From Escherichia coli (GTDB lineage: Bacteria > Pseudomonadota > Gammaproteobacteria > Enterobacterales > Enterobacteriaceae), in assembly GCF_003334785.1 (NCBI RefSeq), contig NZ_QOWV01000008.1: a stretch of 64,000 nucleotides of DNA, one strand, 5' to 3'. A program made the translations under genes and the position numbers. Position 1 is the first letter of the stretch. Each line of letters starts with the position of its first letter. The notes below the pieces were generated by a model that ran no database searches, was not told the DNA's origin, and saw only the letters and a program-made list of their open reading frames with translations. Positions 48,738-58,937 of the stretch are shown here, piece by piece.

Positions 48738-48979
48738 TGCGCGCTTACTTAGATGCGTGAATTTATTTATATCACTGAAGTATATCCCTAAGCTCATTTC
48801 TCAAAGGGCCTATGGTTGCACAAGGTTGTACCATGGCATTCAAAACTTTTTAAACCAAGAATGACAATTTCATTATTAGGCCGGAATAGTTACTAATTTT
48901 AGTATAGGTTGCGATTGTTTAACGCATTTTTTATTATGATGCAGATTTTATTATTACTAATGGGGTGCAAAAAACACGT

Positions 48980-50269
48980 ATGAAAAAAAATGTTGGTAAC
49001 CGCAATAAAAATTCTGATGTGCTTATTCTTAAAGGTATGTTGAACAATTTAAAAGATGGTTTAAATAATTTTGAATTATTGCTTAAATTGCAGTTTAAAA
49101 TATTGGTGTGCGTGATGAGATGTGAGCGGAAAATTAAGTTTCTTAAAAAGAATAATGCTCATTTAAGGTCGGTGTTAAAAAAATCAAGACTTCCAAAAGA
49201 AAAATCTCTGGCAGTAAAAGAAAAAATTAAATACAATTCTGAAGTAATTACTGCTGAAAAATTCAAGATATATACGTATAAAATGTTTGGCGATGCTGTT
49301 GCATTTTTATACATCGATAAATATACAATTAAACAGTTATACTACAATGTACATAATTACAATGTTAAAGAAACGTCGGGGGATTTGAGCGGTAAGTCTG
49401 GATTGCGAGAGGAATGGGAATGCGTAAAACTTGCATGTGATAATAAAGTTCCAGCTCTGTTGCATGATATTACAATGAGTATAAGGCATGGAGATGTATC
49501 ACTTTTAGGTAAAGATGAGCCATTTATTATTGAGATGAAATCAAGCTCAAATACAAATAAGAGAGTTGAGCGGCAAAAATCTAACCTTGAAAAATTAGGA
49601 AGTTTCATAGCAAAAGACGAAGCTGAAAATTTTCGAGGGATTCCATTGTTAATCAGGAAAAATTTGTTAACTGAAGAGGAATCATATTCTCAGGTTTTAA
49701 ATGAGTGTCTTAATGATTGTCGCAGCAAAGGAATGGCTTTGGTTGAAGCTGAAAAAGGATTTTATATCTGCGCAGTTAGAGAAGGGAATATGGCTTCTAT
49801 GCTAGAAAATATAGATTTTGATGAAAAAAAAGAAGTTTTTCCTGTATTTCTCAATCAATATAAAAATAATGGGGAGTGGCTACCATTAACACCATTTACA
49901 CTATTAATTAACGATCCTTACGATCTCCATGATTTTATCGAAGGGGAATTAACAATAGCTTGTTTTTTAATGCTCGATGAATACAAAAAAATTGCTATAG
50001 AACTAGGCTATGAATTAGTTTTTGTTTCTAATGATGAATATAGTATCTTGTTAAAAAGAATTGGTGAAGATATTATATTTGGTGTTTCCTGGCAAATGTT
50101 GTTAAGAGTTCCATTAGAGATGATGTCCATGTCATGGTTGATAAAAGAAAGTATTAATATATATAGTAACTCCCTAGAAAATAGCACCCATAATGATGAA
50201 TTAAATCAGGGGCAGGGAAATACTAAAAATTCATTATTCGAAAAATACAAGAATTTATTTTCTTACTAA
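48980..50269 (+). CDS. Hypothetical protein in satellite variable region; PD-(D/E)xK-like signature
   Basis: ORF 48965..50269 (GTG) or ATG at 48980; AT-rich; motif HGDVSLLGKDEPFIIEMK. Confidence 0.6.
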   Translation: MKKNVGNRNKNSDVLILKGMLNNLKDGLNNFELLLKLQFKILVCVMRCERKIKFLKKNNAHLRSVLKKSRLPKEKSLAVKEKIKYNSEVITAEKFKIYTYKMFGDAVAFLYIDKYTIKQLYYNVHNYNVKETSGDLSGKSGLREEWECVKLACDNKVPALLHDITMSIRHGDVSLLGKDEPFIIEMKSSSNTNKRVERQKSNLEKLGSFIAKDEAENFRGIPLLIRKNLLTEEESYSQVLNECLNDCRSKGMALVEAEKGFYICAVREGNMASMLENIDFDEKKEVFPVFLNQYKNNGEWLPLTPFTLLINDPYDLHDFIEGELTIACFLMLDEYKKIAIELGYELVFVSNDEYSILLKRIGEDIIFGVSWQMLLRVPLEMMSMSWLIKESINIYSNSLENSTHNDELNQGQGNTKNSLFEKYKNLFSY

Positions 50270-50301
50270 TTAAGCATTGTAATTATATTTGATTTTTTCT
50301 A

Positions 50302-50335
50302 CAGGCTTGGACGGAATCATATAGCTCCAAGCCTG
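50302..50335. terminator. Hairpin between the two convergent cargo ORFs
   Basis: Perfect 10-bp stem caggcttgga..tccaagcctg with 14-nt loop. Confidence 0.45.
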
Positions 50336-50370
50336 TTGTGTCGGTATCAAAAAGAAAGTGATATTATTGT

Positions 50371-51744
50371 TTATCTAATATATTTTGTTACTTCCATATT
50401 ATCTTCATCGTCAAAAGAGTACTCAACCATCATACGACTATTTTTACCTGACTTAATATCTTGAAGCCAAGCTGAGGCAACCCTAGGGTCTAAATGCTGT
50501 TTTCTACTCAGCTCATTATTTTTTAGCCTATCAAGCCTTATTGCTCTTTGAAGAGTTTTATCGATGTAGTCTTCCAAATCAATGGACAACCTCCTTTTTG
50601 GATATAAATATTGGTATTCATCACACAATAGTACTCCTGGTAATTTAATTTCGCGTAGGTCGAAAGAATACCAACTATAGTTTTTAGACTCATTAGCTAA
50701 TTCCGAAACTAGATGAGCCCCATTTTGTTGTAAGAGAGATATTTTGTGATCGATGCTAATGTCAGATATTTCTCTTAAAGACTCAAAATGCATGTTTTCG
50801 TAGATAGTATTTAATAAAATACTCTCCATGTAAGAGTAAAAATCAGTACCATCGATGATAATATTAGTTTCATTGTAGACTGCAAGAGACATAAGATATA
50901 TGAAGAAAACTGCGGGAGTACTATTACCTCTGTTTATATCAAGTCTAAGGGAGTTGACATAATCAGGCGGAGAGTTTGAGAAAATTTCTCTTATTAACCA
51001 GTCTGGAATAGTGGTTCTTGTTAGAATGTCAGCGTTCAAACTTGAACGACATAAAAAAATACACATCTTTAATTTTAATTTTATTGAAAATGATGGGAAT
51101 AAATGATCGATGAAAGATAAAATACATGTATACTCTGCTAAGTCTGTTTGTTGCAACTTTTCTTTTATTTCATTTTCAAGCATTTTTAATTTAAAAAAAT
51201 CATTCCTTTTTTCTAATATTTCCCAATGAAATAATTGCTCCTGAGCGTACGCATGCCCCTCTAAAATAGCTAGCATGCTTAAAGGAATGTTTAGGATTTC
51301 TTGATAATTATTAACATACCCAAAGAAATGGACTCTGATATACACACCCATATCGTCATCATATTGTAATGATGCTTTAATATTTTTATAATTTAATTTA
51401 TTAGTGCTGTTGTTTTTGAAGTGATAATGTAAAGTAATTTCAGTATCATCAACTAATAAATTATCAAAAGCCTCCTTTGTTTCATATTTAAAATAGTTAT
51501 ATAGCCGACATGAATAATTTAACCCCCAGTGAGTTGTAGAACAATCAAGTAAATGGATTGTTTCATGGAGATATGTTTTATAAAATTCAATTTCGCTATC
51601 ATCAAAATCATATATGCTTTTACTGTCTATGATATTTTGTGCTTGCGGTAAACTTATATTTAATTCATCGTTTGAAATCTCAATTAAATGTGATGAAAAA
51701 TCATAAGAACCCAATGTTTTGCTGTTAAATATACATCCGCTCAT
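50371..51744 (-). CDS. Hypothetical protein with HEXXH zinc-metallopeptidase motif, translationally coupled to int
   Basis: 457-aa AT-rich ORF; YLHETIHLLD at residues 58..67; start overlaps int stop as ATGA; agggga RBS. Confidence 0.65.
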   Translation of the reverse strand: MSGCIFNSKTLGSYDFSSHLIEISNDELNISLPQAQNIIDSKSIYDFDDSEIEFYKTYLHETIHLLDCSTTHWGLNYSCRLYNYFKYETKEAFDNLLVDDTEITLHYHFKNNSTNKLNYKNIKASLQYDDDMGVYIRVHFFGYVNNYQEILNIPLSMLAILEGHAYAQEQLFHWEILEKRNDFFKLKMLENEIKEKLQQTDLAEYTCILSFIDHLFPSFSIKLKLKMCIFLCRSSLNADILTRTTIPDWLIREIFSNSPPDYVNSLRLDINRGNSTPAVFFIYLMSLAVYNETNIIIDGTDFYSYMESILLNTIYENMHFESLREISDISIDHKISLLQQNGAHLVSELANESKNYSWYSFDLREIKLPGVLLCDEYQYLYPKRRLSIDLEDYIDKTLQRAIRLDRLKNNELSRKQHLDPRVASAWLQDIKSGKNSRMMVEYSFDDEDNMEVTKYIR

Positions 51745-52916
51745 AGCAAATCCCCTAAAAGATAATCAGAGTACCATTGAATCATCGTTTTCCTTTGAGA
51801 AAAATATTGTGCGTGATTATAGGTTCCTCGGATATTGTTCTTATCAACATGTGCTAATTGCATTTCAATCCAGGTACTATCAAATCCCTGTTCATGTAGG
51901 ATTGTTGACATTGTATGTCTAAAACCGTGACCTGTAGCACGTCCTTTGTAACCAAGTAACTCAATCACTTGTGAAACACTTTCTTTTGAAATTGGTTTGC
52001 TACGATTGTTCCTGCCAATAAAAATATAGGGATAATGGCCGGTGATAGGCTTTAGCTGTTTAAAGAGGTCTACCACCTGAGTAGACAAAGGTACAATATG
52101 TGGTCTGCGCATTTTCATACGTTCCGCTGGTATCTCCCATATACCTTTTTCGAGGTCTACTTCTTCCCACGTAGCAAAGCGCATCTCCTGCGTTCTTACA
52201 CCAGTCAGCATGACTATCTTCGTAGCATTTTTGGTGATGATGCTACCGGTATAAGCTTCGAGATCCCGAATAAAATGAGGCAATTCTTCGGCAGATAGAA
52301 ATGGATGATGTTTTTGCTTAGGAACGGCCAGAGCGATGGCTAAATCAGGCGCAGGATTGTATTCAGCGCGGCCAGTTATGATTGCGTAGCGATAAACCTC
52401 ACCGCACCTCTGACGTACCTTACGTGTTTTCTCTAGTGCTCCACGCTTCTCTATTCGTCGCAACACTTCAAGAAGTTCTAAGGGTTTGATTTCACTAATA
52501 GGACGTTTACCAATGAACGGGAAAACATCTTGCTCAAATGTTTTAATAATTTCTTCGCGGTAGGCAAGTGTCCAGCGATCGGCTTTATTTGAGTGCCACT
52601 CACGACATATAGCCTCGAATGAGTTTTCTGTTGAGAGCTGCTGTGCCAGCTTTTGGGCTTTACGTTCTTCCACTGGGTCTATGCCGTTTGCAACCTGCTT
52701 CCGAGCTGTATCGCGTTTCTCACGTGCTTCAGCTAGGCTCACAAGGTCGTAGCTACCAAATGACATTAACCGCGCTTTTCCGGCAAAGCGGAAACGGAAA
52801 CGCCAGCCCTTCGAGCCATCGGGATTGATAAGCAATGACAGGCCCTGCCCGTCGTTCAATGTGTATGGCTTGTCTTGGGGCTTTGCTCGTTTGATTTGTA
52901 TATCTGTAAGTGCCAT
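51741..52916 (-). CDS. int: P4-type tyrosine integrase
   Basis: 391-aa ORF with C-terminal catalytic-type residues (GHGFRHT.., ..NHAQY); adjacent to tRNA 3' end. Confidence 0.9.
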   Translation of the reverse strand: MALTDIQIKRAKPQDKPYTLNDGQGLSLLINPDGSKGWRFRFRFAGKARLMSFGSYDLVSLAEAREKRDTARKQVANGIDPVEERKAQKLAQQLSTENSFEAICREWHSNKADRWTLAYREEIIKTFEQDVFPFIGKRPISEIKPLELLEVLRRIEKRGALEKTRKVRQRCGEVYRYAIITGRAEYNPAPDLAIALAVPKQKHHPFLSAEELPHFIRDLEAYTGSIITKNATKIVMLTGVRTQEMRFATWEEVDLEKGIWEIPAERMKMRRPHIVPLSTQVVDLFKQLKPITGHYPYIFIGRNNRSKPISKESVSQVIELLGYKGRATGHGFRHTMSTILHEQGFDSTWIEMQLAHVDKNNIRGTYNHAQYFSQRKTMIQWYSDYLLGDLL

Positions 52917-53077
52917 GTGTATAAGCCAAAAATATGTATAAAAAATCTATACACATCACTATACATATTTTTCATGGATTCAGGGAGATCTTGTCGGACG
53001 GTTACGGATGAGTGATTTACTATATGTTTTGAAAATAAAGGATTTTTAGACTCTCTCGGATGGTGACGGAAGAATTT

Positions 53078-53172
53078 TGGCGGAAGATCACAGGAGTCGA
53101 ACCTGCCCGGGACCGCTGGCGGCCCCAACTGGATTTGAAGTCCAGCCGCCTCACCGGAGACGACGATCTTCC
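53078..53172 (-). tRNA. selC: tRNA-Sec (selenocysteine)
   Basis: Minus strand reads GGAAGATCGTCGTCTCCGGTGAGGCGGCTGGACTTCAAATCCAGTTGGGGCCGCCAGCGGTCCCGGGCAGGTTCGACTCCTGTGATCTTCCGCCA. Confidence 0.85.
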
Positions 53173-53464
53173 GCGCCTCGATTGCTACATGGAGGCGGGG
53201 CGCATTATAGCTACTTCCTTGAGTTTCTACATCCCCCAGATCAGTTTTTTCCGCCTAATACACGCAGCGTATTATCACGAAAGCATTATAGTTCATATAA
53301 AATCCATATTTTACAATGATATATGAGCGGAATTAACGCTACCACGATCACATAAAACAAGAATCATAAATTAATAACCAGATATCGGAATATTCGCTCT
53401 CACAGGGATGGTTTACAAAATGCGTTATCGGTCTCAGCACCCCTATAGCATCAAGGAAAAGTAG

Positions 53465-54847
53465 ATGAAGAGTGAAGTGTTGTCCGTTAAAGAGAAAATT
53501 GGTTATGGCATGGGAGACGCCGCCAGCCACATTATTTTCGATAACGTAATGTTATATATGATGTTCTTTTATACCGATATTTTTGGCATTCCTGCCGGAT
53601 TTGTCGGAACCATGTTTTTGGTCGCTCGTGCACTGGATGCGATTTCCGATCCTTGCATGGGGTTGTTGGCCGATCGAACGCGCTCTCGCTGGGGTAAATT
53701 TCGTCCGTGGGTACTGTTTGGCGCACTGCCATTTGGGATCGTCTGTGTACTGGCCTATAGCACGCCAGATCTCAGTATGAACGGAAAAATGATTTATGCA
53801 GCAATTACTTACACCCTACTTACCTTACTTTATACCGTCGTCAATATCCCTTACTGCGCATTGGGTGGTGTAATCACCAATGACCCGACTCAGCGTATCT
53901 CGCTGCAATCCTGGCGTTTTGTGCTGGCGACCGCGGGAGGCATGCTTTCTACGGTTCTGATGATGCCACTGGTTAATTTAATTGGTGGTGATAATAAACC
54001 ACTCGGTTTCCAGGGTGGTATCGCGGTCCTTTCCGTGGTGGCATTCATGATGCTGGCATTCTGTTTCTTCACCACTAAAGAACGCGTTGAAGCACCACCT
54101 ACAACGACGTCTATGCGGGAAGATTTACGTGATATCTGGCAAAACGACCAGTGGCGGATTGTCGGTTTACTAACCATTTTCAATATCCTGGCGGTGTGCG
54201 TACGCGGTGGAGCGATGATGTATTACGTCACATGGATTTTGGGTACGCCGGAAGTGTTTGTCGCTTTTCTCACCACTTATTGCGTGGGTAACCTGATTGG
54301 TTCCGCTCTGGCAAAACCGCTGACCGACTGGAAATGTAAAGTCACTATTTTCTGGTGGACGAACGCCCTGCTGGCAGTGATTAGCCTCGCGATGTTCTTT
54401 GTTCCCATGCAGGCCAGCATCACTATGTTTGTCTTCATCTTCGTGATTGGTGTGTTGCATCAACTGGTGACACCTATCCAGTGGGTAATGATGTCCGATA
54501 CCGTCGACTACGGCGAGTGGTGCAATGGTAAACGCCTGACCGGGATCAGTTTTGCTGGCACGCTGTTTGTGCTCAAACTGGGGTTGGCCTTCGGCGGCGC
54601 TCTTATCGGCTGGATGCTGGCTTATGGCGGATATGATGCGGCAGAAAAAGCGCAGAACAGCGCCACGATTAGCATCATTATTGCGCTATTCACGATTGTT
54701 CCGGCGATCTGTTATTTGCTGAGCGCGATTATCGCTAAACGCTACTACTCACTCACGACGCACAATCTGAAAACCGTTATGGAACAGCTGGCCCAGGGCA
54801 AACGCCGTTGCCAGCAACAATTCACCTCTCAAGAAGTGCAGAACTAA
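53465..54847 (+). CDS. yicJ: GPH-family glycoside/cation symporter YicJ
   Basis: 460-aa polytopic membrane ORF. Confidence 0.85.
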   Translation: MKSEVLSVKEKIGYGMGDAASHIIFDNVMLYMMFFYTDIFGIPAGFVGTMFLVARALDAISDPCMGLLADRTRSRWGKFRPWVLFGALPFGIVCVLAYSTPDLSMNGKMIYAAITYTLLTLLYTVVNIPYCALGGVITNDPTQRISLQSWRFVLATAGGMLSTVLMMPLVNLIGGDNKPLGFQGGIAVLSVVAFMMLAFCFFTTKERVEAPPTTTSMREDLRDIWQNDQWRIVGLLTIFNILAVCVRGGAMMYYVTWILGTPEVFVAFLTTYCVGNLIGSALAKPLTDWKCKVTIFWWTNALLAVISLAMFFVPMQASITMFVFIFVIGVLHQLVTPIQWVMMSDTVDYGEWCNGKRLTGISFAGTLFVLKLGLAFGGALIGWMLAYGGYDAAEKAQNSATISIIIALFTIVPAICYLLSAIIAKRYYSLTTHNLKTVMEQLAQGKRRCQQQFTSQEVQN

Positions 54848-54856
54848 GGAACGGCA

Positions 54857-57175
54857 ATGAAAATTAGCGATGGAAACTGGTTGATTCAACCTGGCCTCAA
54901 TTTGATTCACCCGCTTCAGGTGTTCGAGGTTGAACAGCAGGGTAATGAAATGGTGGTCTATGCTGCCCCCCGTGATGTGCGTGAACGTACCTGGCAGCTT
55001 GATACGCCTTTATTTACGCTGCGCTTTTTCTCCCCACAGGAAGGTATTGTCGGTGTACGGATTGAGCATTTTCAGGGGGCGCTGAATAACGGTCCTCATT
55101 ACCCACTCAATATTTTGCAGGACGTGAAGGTCACAATCGAAAACACAGAGCGTTATGCTGAGTTTAAAAGTGGCAACTTAAGTGCGCGTGTCAGCAAAGG
55201 TGAGTTCTGGTCACTGGATTTTCTGCGCAACGGCGAACGTATTACCGGTAGTCAGGTGAAAAATAATGGCTACGTGCAGGACACGAATAATCAACGAAAT
55301 TATATGTTTGAGCGGCTGGATCTTGGCGTTGGCGAAACAGTTTATGGTCTGGGAGAGCGCTTCACTGCCCTGGTGCGCAATGGTCAAACGGTAGAGACCT
55401 GGAACCGGGACGGCGGCACAAGTACTGAACAGGCGTATAAAAATATCCCGTTCTACATGACTAACCGTGGTTATGGGGTACTGGTCAATCATCCCCAATG
55501 CGTCTCTTTTGAAGTGGGATCGGAGAAAGTCTCCAAAGTGCAGTTCAGCGTTGAGAGTGAATATCTCGAATACTTTGTTATCGACGGTCCGACGCCGAAA
55601 GCGGTACTTGATCGTTATACCCGCTTTACTGGTCGTCCGGCGCTGCCGCCCGCGTGGTCCTTCGGTCTGTGGCTAACCACTTCATTTACCACCAACTACG
55701 ACGAGGCGACAGTAAACAGCTTTATCGATGGTATGGCGGAACGCAATCTGCCACTGCATGTTTTCCACTTTGACTGTTTCTGGATGAAAGCCTTCCAGTG
55801 GTGCGATTTTGAGTGGGACCCGCTGACTTTCCCGGACCCGGAAGGGATGATCCGCCGCCTGAAAGCGAAAGGGCTGAAAATCTGCGTCTGGATTAACCCC
55901 TATATCGGGCAAAAATCCCCCGTCTTTAAAGAGTTACAAGAGAAAGGCTATTTACTCAAACGCCCGGACGGTTCGCTGTGGCAGTGGGATAAATGGCAGC
56001 CAGGTCTGGCGATTTATGACTTTACCAATCCGGATGCCTGCACATGGTACGCCGACAAACTGAAAGGTCTGGTCGCGATGGGCGTTGATTGCTTTAAGAC
56101 CGACTTTGGCGAACGTATCCCAACCGATGTTCAGTGGTTTGACGGTTCCGATCCGCAGAAAATGCATAACCATTATGCGTACATCTACAACGAACTGGTG
56201 TGGAACGTGCTCAAGGACACCGTTGGTGAGGAAGAAGCCGTCTTGTTTGCCCGCTTGGCCTCCGTTGGTGCGCAGAAATTCCCGGTACACTGGGGTGGTG
56301 ACTGTTACGCTAACTACGAATCAATGGCGGAAAGCCTGCGCGGTGGTTTGTCTATTGGCCTTTCAGGTTTTGGCTTCTGGAGCCACGATATCGGCGGCTT
56401 TGAAAATACCGCTCCGGCACACGTTTACAAACGCTGGTGCGCGTTTGGTTTGCTCTCCAGCCATAGCCGTTTACATGGCAGCAAATCTTATCGTGTGCCG
56501 TGGGCCTACGATGATGAGTCCTGTGATGTGGTGCGCTTCTTCACGCAACTGAAATGCCGCATGATGCCGTATCTGTATCGTGAAGCTGCGCGTGCAAACA
56601 CGCGGGGTACGCCGATGATGCGGGCCATGATGATGGAGTTCCCGGACGATCCGGCTTGTGATTACCTTGACCGTCAATACATGTTAGGCGACAACGTGAT
56701 GGTTGCGCCGGTGTTCACTGAAGCGGGCGATGTGCAGTTCTACCTGCCGGAAGGTCGCTGGACACACCTGTGGCACAACGATGAACTCGACGGTAGTCGC
56801 TGGCATAAACAGCAGCACAGCTTCCTGAGTCTGCCCGTTTATGTGCGTGATAACACTCTACTGGCGCTGGGCAACAACGATCAACGTCCCGATTACGCGT
56901 GGCACGAAGGCACGGCATTCCACCTCTTTAATCAGCAAGACGGGCATGAAGCCGTCTGTGAAGTGCCCGCTGCTGACGGTTCGGTGATCTTTACTCTAAA
57001 AGCAACACGTACTGGTAACACGATTACTGTGATTGGTGCGGGCGAGGCGAGGAACTGGACACTGTGCTTGCGCAATGTTGTGAAAGTAAATGGTCTGCAA
57101 GGCGGTTCGCAGGCTGAAAGTGAGCAGGGGCTGGTGGTGAAGCCTCAAGGGAATGCGCTGACAATTACGTTGTAA
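54857..57175 (+). CDS. yicI: GH31 alpha-xylosidase YicI
   Basis: 772-aa ORF. Confidence 0.9.
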   Translation: MKISDGNWLIQPGLNLIHPLQVFEVEQQGNEMVVYAAPRDVRERTWQLDTPLFTLRFFSPQEGIVGVRIEHFQGALNNGPHYPLNILQDVKVTIENTERYAEFKSGNLSARVSKGEFWSLDFLRNGERITGSQVKNNGYVQDTNNQRNYMFERLDLGVGETVYGLGERFTALVRNGQTVETWNRDGGTSTEQAYKNIPFYMTNRGYGVLVNHPQCVSFEVGSEKVSKVQFSVESEYLEYFVIDGPTPKAVLDRYTRFTGRPALPPAWSFGLWLTTSFTTNYDEATVNSFIDGMAERNLPLHVFHFDCFWMKAFQWCDFEWDPLTFPDPEGMIRRLKAKGLKICVWINPYIGQKSPVFKELQEKGYLLKRPDGSLWQWDKWQPGLAIYDFTNPDACTWYADKLKGLVAMGVDCFKTDFGERIPTDVQWFDGSDPQKMHNHYAYIYNELVWNVLKDTVGEEEAVLFARLASVGAQKFPVHWGGDCYANYESMAESLRGGLSIGLSGFGFWSHDIGGFENTAPAHVYKRWCAFGLLSSHSRLHGSKSYRVPWAYDDESCDVVRFFTQLKCRMMPYLYREAARANTRGTPMMRAMMMEFPDDPACDYLDRQYMLGDNVMVAPVFTEAGDVQFYLPEGRWTHLWHNDELDGSRWHKQQHSFLSLPVYVRDNTLLALGNNDQRPDYAWHEGTAFHLFNQQDGHEAVCEVPAADGSVIFTLKATRTGNTITVIGAGEARNWTLCLRNVVKVNGLQGGSQAESEQGLVVKPQGNALTITL

Positions 57176-57191
57176 TCTATTGATGGAATGC

Positions 57192-57214
57192 CGGGTACGT
57201 CTGAGTCGTACCCG
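57192..57214. terminator. Hairpin between convergent yicI and yicH
   Basis: cgggtacg..cgtacccg inverted repeat. Confidence 0.5.
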
Positions 57215-57227
57215 ACGAGATTGATGT

Positions 57228-58937
57228 TTACTGCACCGGCTCCGTCGATGTAACTTCACCGCTGGAAACGACGCCCGCATTCATGGTTTGAGTCACTTGC
57301 TGCTTTGCGGCGTTCACGGCATGCAATTGCCCGCTAACCGTAGGTTTCAGCGGGGCATTGGCCTGAATATCTCCACTGGCGGTAAGCTGAATATTGCCGT
57401 CGCCAGTCAACGGTAATTCAGGCCATCCCCATTGTTGCAAAATATTCACCGGCACACCGCGTCCATTCAGGCTGATATGGGTCTGACGTTGTGGCGTTTG
57501 TGAAACACTGGCGGTGGCTTCCAGAATGCCTTTTTCAGTAAATGCACTCAGTTCGCTGATATTCACCGTGCTGCTGTTGGCGGTCAGCGCCAGCGACGGG
57601 CGACGAACATCAACACGATTGAATGTCGCGGCGGCGGCATTCAGATTCGCCGAGCCACTCCAGACGCCCCATTTATGATCGGTAACCAGCGTCAGGTTGG
57701 CACCGTAACCATCGAGCGTGGTGAGCTGCCACGGGAAGTCAGGGTCGATATCAATGATCAGATTGCGGCTGGCGCTAAATCTCTTCAGTTGCAGGCTGTT
57801 TAACCAACCGGGTGTCGTTTCCATCCACAACTGTTGCCAGTTTTTCGGCAAGGTATATTCCAGCCCGGCAATTGCCGCATCATCAAGGATCAACGTTTTC
57901 CCGTCACGCAGCCAGTTCCCTGACGTTCTGACCATACCCCCTTCCCAGCGGCTGGTGAACTGGCGCAGCGCTACGCCCTGCGGGGAAAATTCCGCGTTTA
58001 TAATCGGGTCAAATAAATGCAGCGAACCATAAATGAACTCGCTAGCGTTCATCGACAGTTTGCCTTCTTGTGTCTGCCAGTCATCTTTACTGAAGGTCAT
58101 GTTGCGCAAGCTGAGATCGAGGTCGGTCACCGCCCAGTCCGGACCTTGCAAACGAGCATCGATCACTTCCAGGCGACCAATCTGCAACGACGGGACAGAG
58201 CGTAATGGCGCAAAGAAGTCGGTTAGCGATTTTTCGCTTTGTAGACGGATATCCGCCATGCGCAGGTTTTCCACTTGCCAGCTGCCGTCGGCGTTACGCT
58301 GCGCGTTTCCGGTTAATGTCCCGCGCGCGATGTCGGCACCCAGGTTAGTCAGCGTAACGCGATCGTTATCAATACTGCCTTCAATCAGTACATTGGTGGC
58401 AGGAACATCATTGAGCGAAAGCGATCCGGCACTAAACTGAATCTGCGCCTTCGTACCCAGCACTTTACCGGCTTCTGGTGACCACGGAACCACGCCGCCA
58501 TTTACCCGCTGCGCGCTCAGTTTCCATTCGCTATTCGGGCTATTAAACGCCATATCACGCAGTTGCAGACGATCGGCTTTGAACGGTAGCGGCGCGGTCT
58601 GGTCGGTGAGATTCAGCGTCCCGTTTTCCAGCAGGATGGTATCGACATGGCGTGGTTCGGTCAGTTGCCGACTACTTAGCGCAATGTCGACACTTTTGGC
58701 CACCAGGGTCGCGGGCTGGCCATCACGACCAAACGTGACATTCTCCAGCACGATATGAGATGGCGCGGAAAAACGGTGATCCATCGCCCCGAAGGCCAGA
58801 TGATAGTCGCTATTCTCGGAAACCCATGCGCTGATATGTTCTGCTCCCCAGCGGGTTTGCAGAAGAAAATAGAGGCCAGCGATCACCACTAACAGAGCGA
58901 TGAGAATGTAGAGAAGCAGCTTCCCAATAAATTTCAT
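57228..58937 (-). CDS. yicH: AsmA-family protein YicH
   Basis: ORF 57228..58961; start MKFIGKLLLYILIALLVV... (signal anchor). Confidence 0.8.
   Translation of the reverse strand: MKFIGKLLLYILIALLVVIAGLYFLLQTRWGAEHISAWVSENSDYHLAFGAMDHRFSAPSHIVLENVTFGRDGQPATLVAKSVDIALSSRQLTEPRHVDTILLENGTLNLTDQTAPLPFKADRLQLRDMAFNSPNSEWKLSAQRVNGGVVPWSPEAGKVLGTKAQIQFSAGSLSLNDVPATNVLIEGSIDNDRVTLTNLGADIARGTLTGNAQRNADGSWQVENLRMADIRLQSEKSLTDFFAPLRSVPSLQIGRLEVIDARLQGPDWAVTDLDLSLRNMTFSKDDWQTQEGKLSMNASEFIYGSLHLFDPIINAEFSPQGVALRQFTSRWEGGMVRTSGNWLRDGKTLILDDAAIAGLEYTLPKNWQQLWMETTPGWLNSLQLKRFSASRNLIIDIDPDFPWQLTTLDGYGANLTLVTDHKWGVWSGSANLNAAAATFNRVDVRRPSLALTANSSTVNISELSAFTEKGILEATASVSQTPQRQTHISLNGRGVPVNILQQWGWPELPLTGDGNIQLTASGDIQANAPLKPTVSGQLHAVNAAKQQVTQTMNAGVVSSGEVTSTEPVQ

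Larger units (their letters stand above)
41274..53074. mobile_element. P4-like satellite prophage integrated at tRNA-Sec (selC)
   Basis: Bounded by att direct repeats; contains int, vis, alpha, crr/ori iterons, sid-delta-psu, cos. Confidence 0.8.

Noticed and set aside
48607-48864. 85-aa ORF spanning the cos site
   Set aside because: Overlaps the conserved cos sequence, has an Arg/Gly-rich low-complexity composition and no RBS; most likely spurious.
49379-49402. Walker-A-like segment SGDLSGKSG in the cargo ORF
   Set aside because: Spacing is GxxxGKS (one residue short of GxxxxGK[ST]) and no Walker B follows; not called as an ATPase.
41250-53098. Possibility that the selC insertion is a large pathogenicity island (LEE-type or similar)
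   Set aside because: The insert is only ~12 kb and every recognisable gene is P4-satellite backbone; no secretion-system or toxin genes seen.
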